Assembly: GCA_020723065.1 (NCBI GenBank)
Contig: DYJP01000003.1
Coordinates: 195 to 64,194 of the forward strand
Direction: 5' to 3'
DNA from: Candidatus Micrarchaeum sp.
GTDB taxonomy: Archaea > Micrarchaeota > Micrarchaeia > CABMEP01
Length of the DNA stretch: 64,000 nucleotides
The notes beneath the pieces were generated by a model. It did not search any database. It had not been told where the DNA came from and was given only the letters and a program-made list of their open reading frames with translations. Each line of letters starts with the position of its first letter. Position 1 is the first letter of the stretch. Shown piece by piece: positions 62,839-64,000 of this stretch. A program made the translations under genes and the position numbers.

Positions 62839-64000
62839 ATGATAAAGGGAAAGGCAACACTTCTTAACATACTCTACGAAAAAACAAAATTCTTCAAATC
62901 AGTAGACATAAATGAAAAGATGGATGGCGCAACTCCTCCGTCGGTATTCATCGGCAGCTTCGGCTATCCGAAAGTTTTCATAGGGCCGATGACACCTCCG
63001 ATCCATGGAAACACCGAAATGCTTGACGCCCCAGAAAAATGGTTGAGTAGGATGAACACTCCGGAGGAAATCGCAGAACTTAGGCTCAAACTTGTTAGAG
63101 GCAAAAGAACAGTCCACGTAAAAGAAGATAGCAGATTCGTAGACGGAATAAGGGACATCGCGCTCGCAAAGCAATCTACCGAAATGGAAATTGAATTCAG
63201 CAAGAAGCCGACCGGCGGCTTCTTCCACGAGGAGCTTCAGCCGTTTGGACCTTCCGCACCGATAAAGAGCTGGAGAATAGAATCCGGAAGATACGACGAA
63301 AAGATAGAGAAGGCGTACTACGACACCGACCTTAAGAGCTCTGACGCGATAATGGAATTGTATAAAGCCGGAACTGCAGTATCAGTAATCCAGAGAGCGC
63401 TCAGCGTAGGCGCGTTCGGACTTAAGAATAACAGAAAACTCGTGCCAACGAAATGGGCGATAACCGCGGTGGATAGCAACATAAGCGAAACACTGCTCAA
63501 GGACGTAAGGGAATTCCCGGTCCTTGAGGAGTACAGAGTCTACGAATGCGAGCACATGCGCAACAAGTTCGTCATAATATTCATACCTCAGCAGTGGAGC
63601 TACGAGTCAATGGAAGCGTTTTACAATGCGGAAGGAACGAGTGCAACAATTTTCAGTGACTATGAAATGTACCACAAGAAGAAGGAGTATGCATCGATAG
63701 GCGGATGCTACTACTCAATAAGAAGCACAGTAGCCGCCCTGCTGATAAAAGAAAGGAAGCAAGCGGCTGTAATAATCCTGCGGGAAGCGTATAAAGATTA
63801 CATTCCGCTCGGAGTGTGGCTCACGCGCGAATGCACAAAACTTGCCCTGGAAGGAAAACCTATGGTTTTCCAAACCATTAAGGAGACCCTGAACTACGCC
63901 GGAACAAAGCTGACCGTCCCGATGAAAAGATGGATAGAGGAAAGCAATCTCCTGAAGACCATGGCAAGCAAAGGGATACAGACAAGTCTGAACTCCTTCT
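62839..64000 (+). CDS. Nre-family (archaeal NreA/NreB-type) putative DNA repair protein, 3' end at or just beyond window edge
   Basis: The ORF is open from the ATG at 62839 to the window end, so it is not in the track. It has PSVFIGSFGYPKVFIGP, LVPTKWAITAVD and SIGGCYYS motifs. The last residues, QTSLNSF, look like the first seven positions of a C-terminal PIP box. Confidence 0.75.
   Translation, partial: MIKGKATLLNILYEKTKFFKSVDINEKMDGATPPSVFIGSFGYPKVFIGPMTPPIHGNTEMLDAPEKWLSRMNTPEEIAELRLKLVRGKRTVHVKEDSRFVDGIRDIALAKQSTEMEIEFSKKPTGGFFHEELQPFGPSAPIKSWRIESGRYDEKIEKAYYDTDLKSSDAIMELYKAGTAVSVIQRALSVGAFGLKNNRKLVPTKWAITAVDSNISETLLKDVREFPVLEEYRVYECEHMRNKFVIIFIPQQWSYESMEAFYNAEGTSATIFSDYEMYHKKKEYASIGGCYYSIRSTVAALLIKERKQAAVIILREAYKDYIPLGVWLTRECTKLALEGKPMVFQTIKETLNYAGTKLTVPMKRWIEESNLLKTMASKGIQTSLNSF

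Noticed and set aside
1-64000. CRISPR arrays, rRNA genes, transposases and large dispersed repeats
   Set aside because: I scanned for regularly spaced direct repeats, rRNA-like conserved blocks and IS-type ORFs. None was seen. The only repeated RNA-level element is the tRNA intron pair.

Overview
AT-rich archaeal chromosome segment dominated by information-processing genes, almost all on the minus strand. Gene content, reduced RNAs and decaying genes suggest a small-genome, DPANN-like archaeon; that lineage call is inference only.

Main contents:
- The PolD operon (DP1 and DP2).
- The complete archaeal ribosomal-protein superoperon, uL3 through uL15, followed by secY, adk, a DUF106 protein and cmk.
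- The rpl44e-rps27e-aIF2alpha-nop10-PAC2 cluster.
- GINS, primase PriS/PriL, MCM, Dpo4, XPF and Nre.
- CysRS, MetRS, aIF-1A, aIF-2beta, Rio1 and NAC.
- Four tRNAs and an RNase P RNA.

Most notable observations:
1. Bacterial-type MEP pathway genes dxs and dxr sit among archaeal core genes.
2. Two large LAGLIDADG inteins split the catalytic motifs of PolD DP2 and MCM.
3. tRNA-Arg(UCU) and tRNA-Cys(GCA) carry long, mutually homologous three-hairpin introns with compensatory substitutions.
4. An unassignable 92-aa gene is wedged between uL24 and eS4.
5. A basic 376-aa tandem-repeat protein lies next to the PolD operon.
6. There are two clearly decaying genes: a SAM methyltransferase and a SpoT/Mesh1-like HD hydrolase.
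7. A small accessory islet follows tRNA-Ile. It holds a wHTH regulator, twin palindromic operators and a UPF0175-like/PIN pair.
8. XPF and Nre form an apparent operon.

No CRISPR array, rRNA gene or integrase was seen. Many track ORFs start at a GTG that is really part of a GGTGAT-type Shine-Dalgarno, so I moved those starts to the downstream ATG.
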